A stretch of 61,733 nucleotides of DNA from assembly GCA_021812805.1 (NCBI GenBank), contig JAKAMQ010000001.1:1-61733 (forward strand). The letters run 5' to 3'. The stretch is from Acidobacteriota bacterium (GTDB lineage Bacteria; Acidobacteriota; Holophagae; Holophagales; Holophagaceae). A program made the position numbers and the translations under genes. The notes beneath the pieces are model-generated. The model ran no database searches and had not been told where the DNA came from. It was given only the letters and a program-made list of their open reading frames with translations. Positions 10,583 to 20,118 of the stretch are shown in pieces (positions within the stretch are counted from its first letter, which is position 1; each line of letters starts with the position of its first letter).

Positions 10583-10633
10583 GGGGTAACCCCAACAAAC
10601 GTGCAACCAAGGGCAAAGTAGCCGAATTAGTTC
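10583..10633 (+). repeat. Tn3-like terminal inverted repeat (left end, copy 1)
   Basis: GGGGTAACCCCAACAAACGTGCAACCAAGGGCAAAGTAGCCGAATTAGTTC matches the reverse complement of 19634-19684 at 44/51 nt. Confidence 0.7.
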
Positions 10634-10768
10634 CGCAGGCAGGGCACTACCAACAAATATGCAATAAATGGCTTAGTCCCGTTCGGCTTCACAAGCCTGC
10701 TAGTGTAGTGCATCCGAAACCGCCAAAGCCTCTGATATCCTCGCCAAAGTCATCCGAGCCCTGGCTTC

Positions 10769-11632
10769 TCACACACTGCTACTTGATGGGCGATGGCTTC
10801 GCAGATCTGCCATTCCCATGGCAGCAAACGCCAAGAGCCCCATCTGAAGAGCCGTCATGCCCCCAAGGATCACGGCCCCTCTGTCACCGTGGAGAAACTC
10901 CAAGCCGAAGCGAAGAAGTGAATAGCCGCCAAGGTGGACCCAGAAAACCCATAACCCCAGCCGCTTCGAATGAGCCAACCGGCGTATCAGCAGGAGGATC
11001 ATGCCTGCCAGGAGGAGGTCCCCCAGGGCTTCATAGAGCTGTGTGGGGTGCAGGGGAACAGTCACGAGAGATGCCGGATCCGTGAATCCCTGGCGGACGC
11101 TCCATAGCCACGCCTCACTGGGCACCTGCGCGTCCCGCACAAATTCCGGAATCACCGTTCCGAATTTTGGCATGGACACGCCCCAGGGCAGACGGGTCGG
11201 TATTCCCCATGCGTCTCCGTTGAGGAAACATCCGACCCGACCCAGGGCCTGCCCGACTAGCAGGGCTGGACTGACGGCGGCGAAGGTGCTCCAGAAGTCT
11301 ATCCGCCTATGCTTGAAGCGGAAGTAGGCCATCACGATTCCCCCCGCCAGCCCCCCGGTGATGGAGTAGCCCCCTCCCCAGATTTGGAAGAACGACAAGG
11401 GAGCTGCCCACAGGGCGCTCCAGTCCCAGAACACGAAATGGAAGGTTCGCGCCCCCAGGATGGCGCCGAGCAGGATCCAGGAAAGGCTATCAAGGAAGGG
11501 ACCCGCGTCCTGCCCCACTGTCCTCAGCCTTCGCAAAGCCATAAGGGTGGCCGCCACCACCGAGAGGAGGATGTAGAACCCCTCGTAGAAGTGGAAGATC
11601 CGGAATCCCAGATCGAGATGGATAGGCCACAT
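10769..11632 (-). CDS. lgt: Prolipoprotein diacylglyceryl transferase
   Basis: GRVGCFLNGDAWG, HPTQLYE and RFGLEF motifs. Start MWPIH with GGAG RBS. Confidence 0.88.
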   Translation of the reverse strand: MWPIHLDLGFRIFHFYEGFYILLSVVAATLMALRRLRTVGQDAGPFLDSLSWILLGAILGARTFHFVFWDWSALWAAPLSFFQIWGGGYSITGGLAGGIVMAYFRFKHRRIDFWSTFAAVSPALLVGQALGRVGCFLNGDAWGIPTRLPWGVSMPKFGTVIPEFVRDAQVPSEAWLWSVRQGFTDPASLVTVPLHPTQLYEALGDLLLAGMILLLIRRLAHSKRLGLWVFWVHLGGYSLLRFGLEFLHGDRGAVILGGMTALQMGLLAFAAMGMADLRSHRPSSSSV

Positions 11633-11749
11633 GGCTAAACTCCAGGAGAATGAGACAGAGGGGCAAGAAGGAACTTCAGCGTCGTTTGAAAACTCGTCCG
11701 AAGGGGAACCGTTGCGTTCGTGAAAGCTGGTGTGAACGACGCCCGTTAG

Positions 11750-11779
11750 GGGGTAATCCCAACAAACTTGCAACCAGGG
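11750..11779 (+). repeat. Tn3-like terminal inverted repeat (internal left end, copy 2)
   Basis: GGGGTAATCCCAACAAACTTGCAACCAGGG, 27/30 identical to the copy at 10583. Confidence 0.6.
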
Positions 11780-11851
11780 ATCCAGGGATCTGGTAGGTTC
11801 ACGGTTCCACTGCGACCGCCCCCTATTCAAGCTGGGCGAAGCCTTATTCGT

Positions 11852-13843
11852 TTACCTCGCATCAGAGGGGAGGCTTTGACCGCTGGAAGCGCACCACCTG
11901 TCCTGGACGGTGCCATATTCGTGATCCTCCCTTCCGGGTCGCGCCCAGAGGAGAAGCGTCGAGCTGAGCACCACGCTGATGCATCCCGCCTCCTGGAACA
12001 GCACCGCCAGGACCGGCGGGAGCAGTCCCAGCATCGCCAGCACCAGCCCCACGGCGTTGTAGACCAGCGAGAGGAAGATGTTCAGCCGGATGCGCCGGAG
12101 CACCTTGCGCGACATCCGCACAAAGGCGACCAGGCGACCGATGTCGTCGTTCATGAGGGTAACGTCGGCTGCCTCAATGGCCACGTGAGTGCCGGCCGCC
12201 CCCATCACGATACCAACATCGGCGAGCGCCAGAGCCGGGGCGTCGTTGATCCCGTCGCCCACCATGGCGACCTTCCTACCCTGGCCCTGAAGCTCCTTCA
12301 CCACCCGCTGCTTGTCTTCTGGAAGCAGCCCGGCGCGCACGTCATCCACGCCGATCCGCGCGGCCACCGCTCGTGCGACCTTCGGATTGTCGCCAGTGAG
12401 CATGATGATATCCCGCACGCCCAGCGTCTTGAGTGCCTCGACCGCCCGCGCGGTCTCAGGCCGCACCTCGTCGGCGATGGCCAATAGCCCCACGGCTTGG
12501 CCGTCTCGCGCGATGAAGATGGTGGTTCGGCCACTTTCAGTCTGAGCGGCCTCAGCCTCAACCAATGGAGGGGAAATATGAGCGCCGTGCCCGCGTAAGA
12601 AGTCGGCCTTGCCGACGAGAATGGGCGTGCCCGCATGATTGGCGGTCACGCCCATGCCCACCTCGATCTTGAAGTCATCGGGATCGGGTATATCAACCTT
12701 CCGCTCGCGAGCGAACGCCACTACGGCCTTCGCCAGCGGATGCTCCGAATACTTCTCTGCGATGGCGGCGATCCTCAAGACCTCATCCTCAGCGACACCA
12801 TTCGCCGCAACCAGCTGAACAACCCGCGGGCGTCCAAAGGTCAGCGTCCCGGTCTTGTCCACTAGGATCGTGTCAATCTTTCCAGCTAATTCGAAAAAGA
12901 TTCCGCCCTTGATCAACACCGCGCGTTTCGCCATGTTGGCGATGCCTGCGGCCACTGCGCTTGGGGTGGCGATGGCGAAGGCACATGGGCAAGCGACCAG
13001 CAGGATGGAAACCGCCACTTTGATATTCCCCGACGTGAAATACCCGATGATCGCCAGCACGAGCACGGTCGGAAGGAACCAGACGGTAAAGCGATCGGCT
13101 ACCCCCTGGATAGGCGCCTTGGCCTCCTGGGCTTCTTCCACGAGGTGGACGATGCGGGCGAGCGTGGTGTCATCGCCAGTCTTTGAGGTTCGGATCTCGA
13201 GCCGTCCTGTGTCGTTCAGCGTGCCGGCGAACACACCGTTGCCGGTGAGCTTCTCGACGGGCATCGACTCGCCCGTGATGGGAGCCTCGTTCACCACGCT
13301 CGCGCCTGCGGTGACCACCCCGTCGACCGGGATCCGCTCACCGGGACGGACAATCACCAGGTCGCCCATCTTCAGCTCTGCGACCGGCAGCGTGAGTTCG
13401 TCATTGCCGCGCCGCACCGTGGCCGTGGGAGGTGTGAGATGGAGCAGATCCCGGATAGCCCGTCGGGTCTTGTCGAGGGTGTAAGATTCGAGCGCCCCAA
13501 CCACGGCCATGATGAAGATGATCACCGCCGCCGGACGAAATTCTCCTACGGCAACCGTGGCCGCTAGGGCCACGGTAACGAAGACATTCACGGTGATCTG
13601 GCCGCGAAGCGCGTCCTTGACGCCGGAGATGAAACGCTGCAGCCCCCCGAGCAGCACAGCGGCGAGGGCTACCCCCGCGCTGATGAAGAGCGGGCCAGTC
13701 TTCCAGTGTGCGAGTGCCCAGCTCGCGAGGATTAACAGAAGAACGAGCGCCGGAACGAGAGAAAGCACCAGGATCTCACGGCGTCCTTCACTTCGAATGG
13801 CTTCGGCGTCAGACACGAATATCCCTTTCTCGCCCATTGCCAT
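11852..13843 (-). CDS. P1B-type heavy metal(loid) ATPase lacking an N-terminal HMA domain, atypical TM signature
   Basis: TGES, CPC, DKTGT, HP and GDGINDAP motifs, with TM7 YN and TM8 QEAGC. Confidence 0.9.
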   Translation of the reverse strand: MAMGEKGIFVSDAEAIRSEGRREILVLSLVPALVLLLILASWALAHWKTGPLFISAGVALAAVLLGGLQRFISGVKDALRGQITVNVFVTVALAATVAVGEFRPAAVIIFIMAVVGALESYTLDKTRRAIRDLLHLTPPTATVRRGNDELTLPVAELKMGDLVIVRPGERIPVDGVVTAGASVVNEAPITGESMPVEKLTGNGVFAGTLNDTGRLEIRTSKTGDDTTLARIVHLVEEAQEAKAPIQGVADRFTVWFLPTVLVLAIIGYFTSGNIKVAVSILLVACPCAFAIATPSAVAAGIANMAKRAVLIKGGIFFELAGKIDTILVDKTGTLTFGRPRVVQLVAANGVAEDEVLRIAAIAEKYSEHPLAKAVVAFARERKVDIPDPDDFKIEVGMGVTANHAGTPILVGKADFLRGHGAHISPPLVEAEAAQTESGRTTIFIARDGQAVGLLAIADEVRPETARAVEALKTLGVRDIIMLTGDNPKVARAVAARIGVDDVRAGLLPEDKQRVVKELQGQGRKVAMVGDGINDAPALALADVGIVMGAAGTHVAIEAADVTLMNDDIGRLVAFVRMSRKVLRRIRLNIFLSLVYNAVGLVLAMLGLLPPVLAVLFQEAGCISVVLSSTLLLWARPGREDHEYGTVQDRWCASSGQSLPSDAR

Positions 13844-13897
13844 TTCCTGGCGCCGGGACGAATAAATCCAATGCATCAAGGCAAAAGGAGCGCGAGG

Positions 13898-14074
13898 CTA
13901 CTTGCTCGCGTCTTTCTTTCGCGAGGTCTCTTGGGTCTCATCCTTATCATCTTTCTTGGGCTCAACGTGGCAACCGCAGCCTGGGCCACAGCCTTCGCTC
14001 GTCTTGGTCATAGATTCCTTCAGGGTCGCAAAGAACCCCTTCCTATTCGGCTTGGCTTCCTTGGTCTTGCTCAT
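13898..14074 (-). CDS. 58-aa Cys-containing small protein (GCGPGCGCH), not in the ORF track
   Basis: AGGAGA RBS, ATG at 14074, TAG at 13898-13900. MSKTKEAKPNRKGFFATLKESMTKTSEGCGPGCGCHVEPKKDDKDETQETSRKKDASK. Confidence 0.75.
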   Translation of the reverse strand: MSKTKEAKPNRKGFFATLKESMTKTSEGCGPGCGCHVEPKKDDKDETQETSRKKDASK

Positions 14075-14119
14075 CGATGCTCTCCTAAGGTTGGGGTCCT
14101 CTCTGACCCTTGGTTATGA

Positions 14120-14326
14120 GCACGGTTACGATTCGGCCCCGCGAGCTTGGCAGCGAGCAGCAGGTCGATGCAGTGCCCGAGCCAAGGTCGAGCAGGTGTC
14201 ACCCTCGCGGATCGCCGCCAGAGCGGCAGGGTTGCCGCAGCACGAGCGGCCCGCCGCTGGGTTCTCCTCGACGGCTAGGGTGTAGGTCTTGGATACGGTC
14301 CTGCAGACATCGACAGATTCGTTCAT
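14120..14326 (-). pseudogene. arsM: Decayed arsenite methyltransferase (ArsM) 5' fragment
   Basis: ATGA overlap with acr3. SCCGNPAALAAIREGDT, then after frameshifts LDLGSG and IDLLLAAKLAGP. Confidence 0.75.
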
Positions 14327-15489
14327 CGCCCTTCTTCCCCCACTCCTTTTCCCTCCGCAGGATGCATGTTCGGTCCGACTGCGACCGGGCTCCGCTCGCC
14401 AGCGAAGTAATGGCGGCGGAGCCAGAGCGAGATGTGGACGAGTCCGATGAGCACGGGCACCTCGACCAGCGGTCCGATCACGGCCGCCAACGCGCCACCA
14501 TGGTTGATGCCGAAGGTCGCGATCGCCACCGCAATCGCCAGCTCGAAGTTGTTGGAGGCGGCGGTGAAGGAGAGCGTCACGGTCTGGCTGTACGTTGCAC
14601 CCACCTTCTTCGACATGAAGAAGGAGATGAAGAACATCAAGACGAAGTAGAGGAGGAGAGGGATGGCAATGCGGAGCACGTCGAAAGGCAGCTCCACGAT
14701 CTTTTCGCCCTTGAGCGAGAACAACATGACGATCGTGAAGAGCAGTGCGATGAGTGCGATCGGGCTGATCCTTGGGATGAAGTTGGCTTGATACCATTCC
14801 CTGCCCTTGAGCCTGATCAACGCAAACCGAGTCGCCATGCCGCCGACGAAGGGGGCACCGAGATAGATGAAGACACTCTTGGCGATCTCACCAATGGTCA
14901 TATTCACGGCCACGCCAGGCAGGCCCAGCCAAGTCGGCAAGACCGTGATGAACACGTAGGCGTAGACCGAGTAGAGCAGCACCTGGAAGATCGAGTTGAA
15001 GGCCACCAGACCGGCACAGTACTCGGTGTCTCCCTTGGCCAGCTCGTTCCAGACCAGCACCATGGCGATGCAGCGGGCAAGGCCGATCATGATCAGCCCC
15101 ACCATGTACTCGGGCTTGTCGTGCAAGAAGAGCACAGCCAGCCCGAACATCAGGATCGGGCCGATGATCCAGTTCTGGACGAGCGACAGCCCCAGGACCT
15201 TGGTGTTGCGGAAGACCGGCCCCATCCCCTCGTACCGGACCTTGGCCAGCGGCGGATACATCATCAGGATGAGCCCGACGGCGATCGGGATGTTCGTTGT
15301 CCCGAAGTTGAACTGGTTGAGAGTGGAGACCACGCCCGGAAACAGGTACCCACCACCGACACCGATCGCCATGGCGATGAAGATCCAGAGAGTGAGGTAG
15401 CGGTCAAGGAAGGACAGCCGCTTGGCCACGCCCACAGAACCCAGGGACGCGGTGTTTACCGACGTGCGATCGGGCAAGGCGTGGTTCAT
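14323..15489 (-). CDS. acr3: Acr3-family arsenite efflux transporter
   Basis: [36 protein letters not shown] and GPLVEVPVL motifs. Confidence 0.95.
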   Translation of the reverse strand: MNHALPDRTSVNTASLGSVGVAKRLSFLDRYLTLWIFIAMAIGVGGGYLFPGVVSTLNQFNFGTTNIPIAVGLILMMYPPLAKVRYEGMGPVFRNTKVLGLSLVQNWIIGPILMFGLAVLFLHDKPEYMVGLIMIGLARCIAMVLVWNELAKGDTEYCAGLVAFNSIFQVLLYSVYAYVFITVLPTWLGLPGVAVNMTIGEIAKSVFIYLGAPFVGGMATRFALIRLKGREWYQANFIPRISPIALIALLFTIVMLFSLKGEKIVELPFDVLRIAIPLLLYFVLMFFISFFMSKKVGATYSQTVTLSFTAASNNFELAIAVAIATFGINHGGALAAVIGPLVEVPVLIGLVHISLWLRRHYFAGERSPVAVGPNMHPAEGKGVGEEGR

Positions 15490-15908
15490 CGTTTGCTTCC
15501 TTTCCCTAGGGTCGTCATGGCACCTTTCCCGGCGGCAAAGGCGCTGGCCGCGTCCTTGGTACAGGATGCGCCGTCACTGCTCACCTCAAGCCAGCTCTTG
15601 AGTCTTTCAAGTAGTTCCTCAGCATCCGGCAGCCGCGCCAAGGTACTGCGAAGAAGCTCACAGTGGGCGCTTGTCAGTTCGTCACTCGAAGGGCCGTAGG
15701 AGTAGTAGGACCAGAGTCCATCCTTTCGGTCGATTAGCAGTCCGGCCTGCCGCAGGGTCGCGAGGTGTCTAGAGGCCTTGGACTGACCGATGCCGACGAT
15801 TGCCATTACATCGCAGACGCAAAGCTCTCGATGGTTCAGCAAGAGCCAGAGGATCTTGAGACGAGCCTCGTCTCCGAGAACCCTGAAAAACCGAACGGCA
15901 ACCTTCAT
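15486..15908 (-). CDS. arsR: ArsR arsenic-responsive repressor
   Basis: ELCVCD motif, [12 protein letters not shown], directly upstream of acr3. Confidence 0.9.
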   Translation of the reverse strand: MKVAVRFFRVLGDEARLKILWLLLNHRELCVCDVMAIVGIGQSKASRHLATLRQAGLLIDRKDGLWSYYSYGPSSDELTSAHCELLRSTLARLPDAEELLERLKSWLEVSSDGASCTKDAASAFAAGKGAMTTLGKGSKR

Positions 15909-15914
15909 GACGCC

Positions 15915-15956
15915 TCCAGGTTAGATATGTATATCCGGATCTATGCATCTGGTCAA
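15915..15956 (-). promoter_or_regulatory. Putative ars promoter/operator
   Basis: TTGACC-N17-TATACA on the minus strand, ATCCGGAT palindrome between the boxes, GGAGG RBS. Confidence 0.45.
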
Positions 15957-16004
15957 GATCGAGCTTCTCGGGATTGAATGGGTTTACCCCGTGGACACCT
16001 GATG

Positions 16005-18929
16005 TCAGACGTCAAGCTCCAGCCGGGCTTCCAGATCAAGTTCGAAGCGCCCATATGGATTGATGTGCTGGGTCAGGAGGGGGCTCAAAGCCCCAAGGTC
16101 CCTGGGCGTCATGCGCCCGGACCATCCCTCGCCCGCGAGCACGCGCTGAATCATCAGCGTGTTGATGTAGACCAGGCTGGACTGGAGCAGGTGAAGGCAG
16201 AGTAGACTCATCTCCTGATCCTCCCGACGGTTCGTGGATAGCTCGCCGCCGCGTCCGTAGAAGATGAATCCGTTGGCCGCGTTCCAGCTCTCCACCACGT
16301 TCAGGCCCTCGTTCACCTCCCGGCGCAGATCCTCGGAGGCCAGGTAGCGGCAGAGGAAGAGGGTCTTGATGGCCTTGCCCAGCTCCGCCAGGGCCTTGTA
16401 CGCGGGGTGAGGCGCGTTCGCTCGCGTGAAACGACGGAGGAGGCTTTCCGCGTCGGCCATGCCGCGTTTCATGGCCACGGCGTGCTTCACCATGGCGTCA
16501 AGCTGCTGCTCGATTAGCTCCCAGTCGATGCTCCGGGAGGCCATCACCAGGTCGAGGTTCGGGAAGGACTGGCCAGTTTCGGGGCGATAGAGCCGCTGGC
16601 TGTGGATGGCTTTGATGCGCGGCATCAGCTCGAACCCGAGCAGGCGGCAGAAGGCGAAGGCCACTTCGCTCTGCCCGTGGCTGTCCACGTACTGGCGTTC
16701 CACCTCCATCTCCGTGCAGTGACGTAGCACGCCCTCGATCATGGCGGAGGCCTCCGAGGAGGACACCCGCTTGAACTGGGAGTAGATACAGACGGACTTC
16801 TTCTCGACGTGCCAGTAGACCATCACCCCGCGCCCACCGTAGCGGTGGTGCCACTCGGTGAGCAGGTTCTGGTCCCAGGCCCCGAACTGCTTGGAGTCCG
16901 AGGCGCAGGCCGTGGTTCCCTCGCCCCAGATGTTCGGCAACCGCGCAGCCAGGGTAGCGTTCACCACCTGGGCGATGGCCTGGCGCAGGCCCTCAATGGA
17001 GAGATAGCGGCGGCGCACGTACAGGAGATCCTTGTAATCATCCTCCGGTTCGGCGGCCATGCTTTTCAGACCCGTGTTGGTGCCCAGCCCGTAAAGGCAG
17101 AGGAGGAGGCGGCGCTGGAGGATCGAGGGTTCCATGCGCTCCCGGGGCGTCGGGCTCCGGAACGCCTGAGTGAAGCCTGTCCTGAAATCCGCCTCCTTGA
17201 GCACGTCCAGGAGGCTGGTGGACGGCCACCGCTGCCCCACTTCTCGCTTCAGGCCGCCCAGGTTCTCGGGATCCGGAAGCGCTTCGAACGGGGTGACTGA
17301 GATCCAGCCGTCCTTCTTGTGTAGGATTCTCACTTTGGGATTGGTGGGCATCCCTTCATCCAAGGACTTCAGGGCCTTGGCCAACTCAGCGCGGATCGCC
17401 CCTGTGTAGGCCTTCGCGTCGAGGGGGATGCCCAGCTCCGTGTAGTATTCGGGCCGCCTCGTCTCGAAGTCCTGGGGCAGGTCCTCCTCGGGGTTCCGGT
17501 ACCGGCGGCTCCCCTCCACCCAGATTTCTCGGCAGCGGAGCCGCTCCCGGACCGCCCGCAGGACACACACCTCGTAGGCGATCCGGTTGATCTTAGGCGG
17601 ATCCCCCTCCGCCTCCACGACGTGGGGCATCCAGGCCGGGCGCACCACGCCCTCCAGAGGCACCTTCGCGCCCTCGGAGTAGGCCGCGCCCTTGGTCTTC
17701 AGGTGGGTCTTCAACAGAGCCAAGGCCTCCATCACCGGCTGGTGGCGCGGGTTGGTGCAACGGAATGTGAGGGCTTCCAGCAGCTCGGGAAGCATGCGCC
17801 GGTAGTGGGCGCCGTAGGATCGTTTGAGGACCAGGCGCACCGTGCCCTGGTAGGCCGGGCCGGTGGTCCTGATCTCCTGGAGGATCGAGCGCAGCAGCTT
17901 TTCCGGGGCTACCGGGTAGATGACCTCCTTCACGGCTCCCTCCGGGGAATCCAGGGAGGCCTCCGCCATGCGGATCAACACCCCGACTTTTCCGGGCACC
18001 TTCTGAAGCTGGCCCGCCAGCTCCTCCTCCACCTTCTTCTGTGCCCGCTTGGTCATCTTCTGGATGGTTTCGATGAGCAGGTCCACCAGGTGATCCGTCA
18101 GCTCCTCACCCCGGCGATGGAGGCAGGCGGCGAGCAGCGTTGCCCGCAGGGGGCCGCCGTGGCGGCGAAGCTCGTGGGGCTCCTCCACGGCGGCACGTTT
18201 CGCGTACCGCTCGATGAGCTTGGGCGGCATGTCCTTGAAGAGACCTGGTGGAAGCCCCACCGCCTTCGCCTCGCGCAGACGAGAGGCGGTCGCCTTCACG
18301 CTCTCCACGCCAGCCTTGCCCGGATCGGTCTTGAGGGCCTGCCAAGGCGTCCACTCGGGTTCGTCCTCGGATGGCTGGGTCTTGAGGAGGTCATCCAGGC
18401 GGTCCAAGGCCTTCCTGTCCAGCTTCCCGTAGACGCCCTGGGAGAAGGTGATTTCATGCCCCTGGAGGGCGGAATTCAGGATGCGCTGGCCATGCTCATC
18501 CGCCGGAGGCTCGATCCGAAGCCCCCGGCACCACTGGTGCATGGCTTCAGTCAAGCGGTCCTGGCGATGCTCCTGGGGGATAACCTCCTGGATGAGCCAG
18601 CCCTTCAAAGTCTCGTGATCCGCGAGGCTGAACTCACGGAACCCGCACCACTCCCGGATTTCAGACCGGTGATACTTGATGGCACGACCTCCCCACTTGT
18701 AGTCCTGCCACCAGCTCTCCACAAGCTGAAGCTGGCTCGCCACATGCTGGATCCCGGGGAAAGGAACTTCGCTGGGATCTTCCGGAAACCGCCCCTCCTC
18801 CTGGAAGAACTTCAGAAGCACCGCGAACCCCAAGCGAGTGGCACCGCTCTTGTTCCGTAGAAGGGCCATCTCGGGCGAATGCAACGACCAAACCGATTCC
18901 AGATCCTCGGGGGTCCAGTTTCGTCTCAT
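16005..18929 (-). CDS. tnpA: Tn3-family transposase (DUF4158 + DDE)
   Basis: 974 aa; [28 protein letters not shown] and HINPYGRF motifs. Confidence 0.95.
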   Translation of the reverse strand: MRRNWTPEDLESVWSLHSPEMALLRNKSGATRLGFAVLLKFFQEEGRFPEDPSEVPFPGIQHVASQLQLVESWWQDYKWGGRAIKYHRSEIREWCGFREFSLADHETLKGWLIQEVIPQEHRQDRLTEAMHQWCRGLRIEPPADEHGQRILNSALQGHEITFSQGVYGKLDRKALDRLDDLLKTQPSEDEPEWTPWQALKTDPGKAGVESVKATASRLREAKAVGLPPGLFKDMPPKLIERYAKRAAVEEPHELRRHGGPLRATLLAACLHRRGEELTDHLVDLLIETIQKMTKRAQKKVEEELAGQLQKVPGKVGVLIRMAEASLDSPEGAVKEVIYPVAPEKLLRSILQEIRTTGPAYQGTVRLVLKRSYGAHYRRMLPELLEALTFRCTNPRHQPVMEALALLKTHLKTKGAAYSEGAKVPLEGVVRPAWMPHVVEAEGDPPKINRIAYEVCVLRAVRERLRCREIWVEGSRRYRNPEEDLPQDFETRRPEYYTELGIPLDAKAYTGAIRAELAKALKSLDEGMPTNPKVRILHKKDGWISVTPFEALPDPENLGGLKREVGQRWPSTSLLDVLKEADFRTGFTQAFRSPTPRERMEPSILQRRLLLCLYGLGTNTGLKSMAAEPEDDYKDLLYVRRRYLSIEGLRQAIAQVVNATLAARLPNIWGEGTTACASDSKQFGAWDQNLLTEWHHRYGGRGVMVYWHVEKKSVCIYSQFKRVSSSEASAMIEGVLRHCTEMEVERQYVDSHGQSEVAFAFCRLLGFELMPRIKAIHSQRLYRPETGQSFPNLDLVMASRSIDWELIEQQLDAMVKHAVAMKRGMADAESLLRRFTRANAPHPAYKALAELGKAIKTLFLCRYLASEDLRREVNEGLNVVESWNAANGFIFYGRGGELSTNRREDQEMSLLCLHLLQSSLVYINTLMIQRVLAGEGWSGRMTPRDLGALSPLLTQHINPYGRFELDLEARLELDV

Positions 18930-18939
18930 GGATGCACCT

Positions 18940-19059
18940 TGTCAGATTGGGGTATACCCTAACTTGACGACAGGCATTGGTCTTGAATAGCGTCAGGATA
19001 GGGTCGAAAAAGAGTGTATCTTGACAGAGGCTCGCAGGGTCATAGAATTTTACCTGACA
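18940..19059 (+). promoter_or_regulatory. Tn21/Tn501-type res site (subsites I-III)
   Basis: TGTCAGATTGGGGTATACCCTAACTTGACG (site I-like), followed by two more GTCA...TGAC subsites at 18991-19026 and 19038-19059. Confidence 0.8.
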
Positions 19060-19079
19060 CTTTCTCTGAAGGCACCCCT

Positions 19080-19640
19080 ATGCATGGCCAGCGCGTTGGC
19101 TACATTCGCGTCAGCAGCTTCGAGCAAAACCCTGAACGCCAACTGGATCAGGTGAAGGTAGACCGCACATTCACGGACAAGGCATCTGGAAAGGACACAA
19201 AGCGACCTGAGTTGGAAGCCCTTCTGGCTTTCGTTCGTGAAGGCGACACGGTGGTTATTCACAGCATGGATCGTCTCGCCAGGAATCTGGATGACCTCCG
19301 GCACCTGGTGCAGAATCTCGCCCGGCGCGGAATCCGCATCGAGTTCATAAAGGAAGGCCTGACCTTCACCGGGGAGGATTCACCGATGGCCACGCTCATG
19401 CTTTCGGTGATGGGTGCCTTTGCAGAGTTCGAACGAGCGTTGCTTCGTGAACGGCAACGGGAAGGAATCTCTCTCGCCAAGCAGCGCGGAGCCTACAAGG
19501 GTCGGAAAAAATCCCTCGGACCTGACGAGGCTAGCAACCTAAGGCAACGCGCGAACTCCGGCGAGCCCAAGGCTCGCCTTGCGCGGGAATTCGGCATCAG
19601 CCGAGAAACGCTGTACCAGTACCTTCGCACCGAGAACTGA
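19080..19640 (+). CDS. tnpR: Serine resolvase, Tn21/Tn501 TnpR-like
   Basis: 186 aa: MHGQRVGYIRVSS..., HSMDRLARN, C-terminal HTH ISRETLYQYL. Confidence 0.95.
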   Translation: MHGQRVGYIRVSSFEQNPERQLDQVKVDRTFTDKASGKDTKRPELEALLAFVREGDTVVIHSMDRLARNLDDLRHLVQNLARRGIRIEFIKEGLTFTGEDSPMATLMLSVMGAFAEFERALLRERQREGISLAKQRGAYKGRKKSLGPDEASNLRQRANSGEPKARLAREFGISRETLYQYLRTEN

Positions 19641-19684
19641 TCCGGCTACTTTGCCCCTGGTTTCATGTTTGTTGGGGTACCCCC
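19634..19684 (-). repeat. Tn3-like terminal inverted repeat (right end)
   Basis: Reverse complement GGGGGTACCCCAACAAACATGAAACCAGGGGCAAAGTAG; it truncates the adjacent sigma gene. Confidence 0.7.
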
Positions 19685-20015
19685 CTTCTGGGGTGCGAAT
19701 GATCGGCCTGCTCAGGGCCTCCTTCATCGCGGCATCGATCCACCAGGCGGCATAAGTCAGGTAGTTGGCCCCGGCCTCCGGATTGAACTTTTTGGCGGCC
19801 TTGAGGGCCCCAGTCCAGCCCTCCTGGACGAGGTCTTCGAATTCCAGGCCGGCCAGGGCTCCTCGGTGGGTGTACCCCCAGGCCTTCTTGCGGATGAAAC
19901 CCTCTACCTCCAAGGCCACAGAGGGATCAAGCCCCTTGGCGGCATCCCAGGCGTAGCCACGGCCATTCATGGCCACGACACGGGACTGGGTGGGCTTTTT
20001 GAAGGTAGGTTTCAT
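19685..20015 (-). pseudogene. Sigma-70 family factor, region 2 only, truncated by the transposon end
   Basis: LEFEDLVQEG.TGALKAAKKFNP...YLTYAAWWI; the sigma-like sequence stops at the IR. Confidence 0.8.
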
Positions 20016-20118
20016 GTGTGAGGCTCCAAGGTTGGGATACGATCCCAACTTAATGATCGGAGCCTATGATCGACAACGACTGTCCATACTGGTTCAGTTC
20101 GACGTCACCCAACCATTC

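Noticed and set aside
15979-16016. 38-bp stretch TGGGTTTACCCC...ACGTCAAG overlapping the tnpA stop as a canonical Tn3 IR
   Set aside because: It has a Tn3-like length and ending, but starts with T and matches the 19684 end only in the first ~12 nt; not supported as a paired end.
10578-19689. Target-site duplication around the Tn3 composite
   Set aside because: The flanks (TTGTT or GTTAG on the left, CTTCT on the right) do not match.
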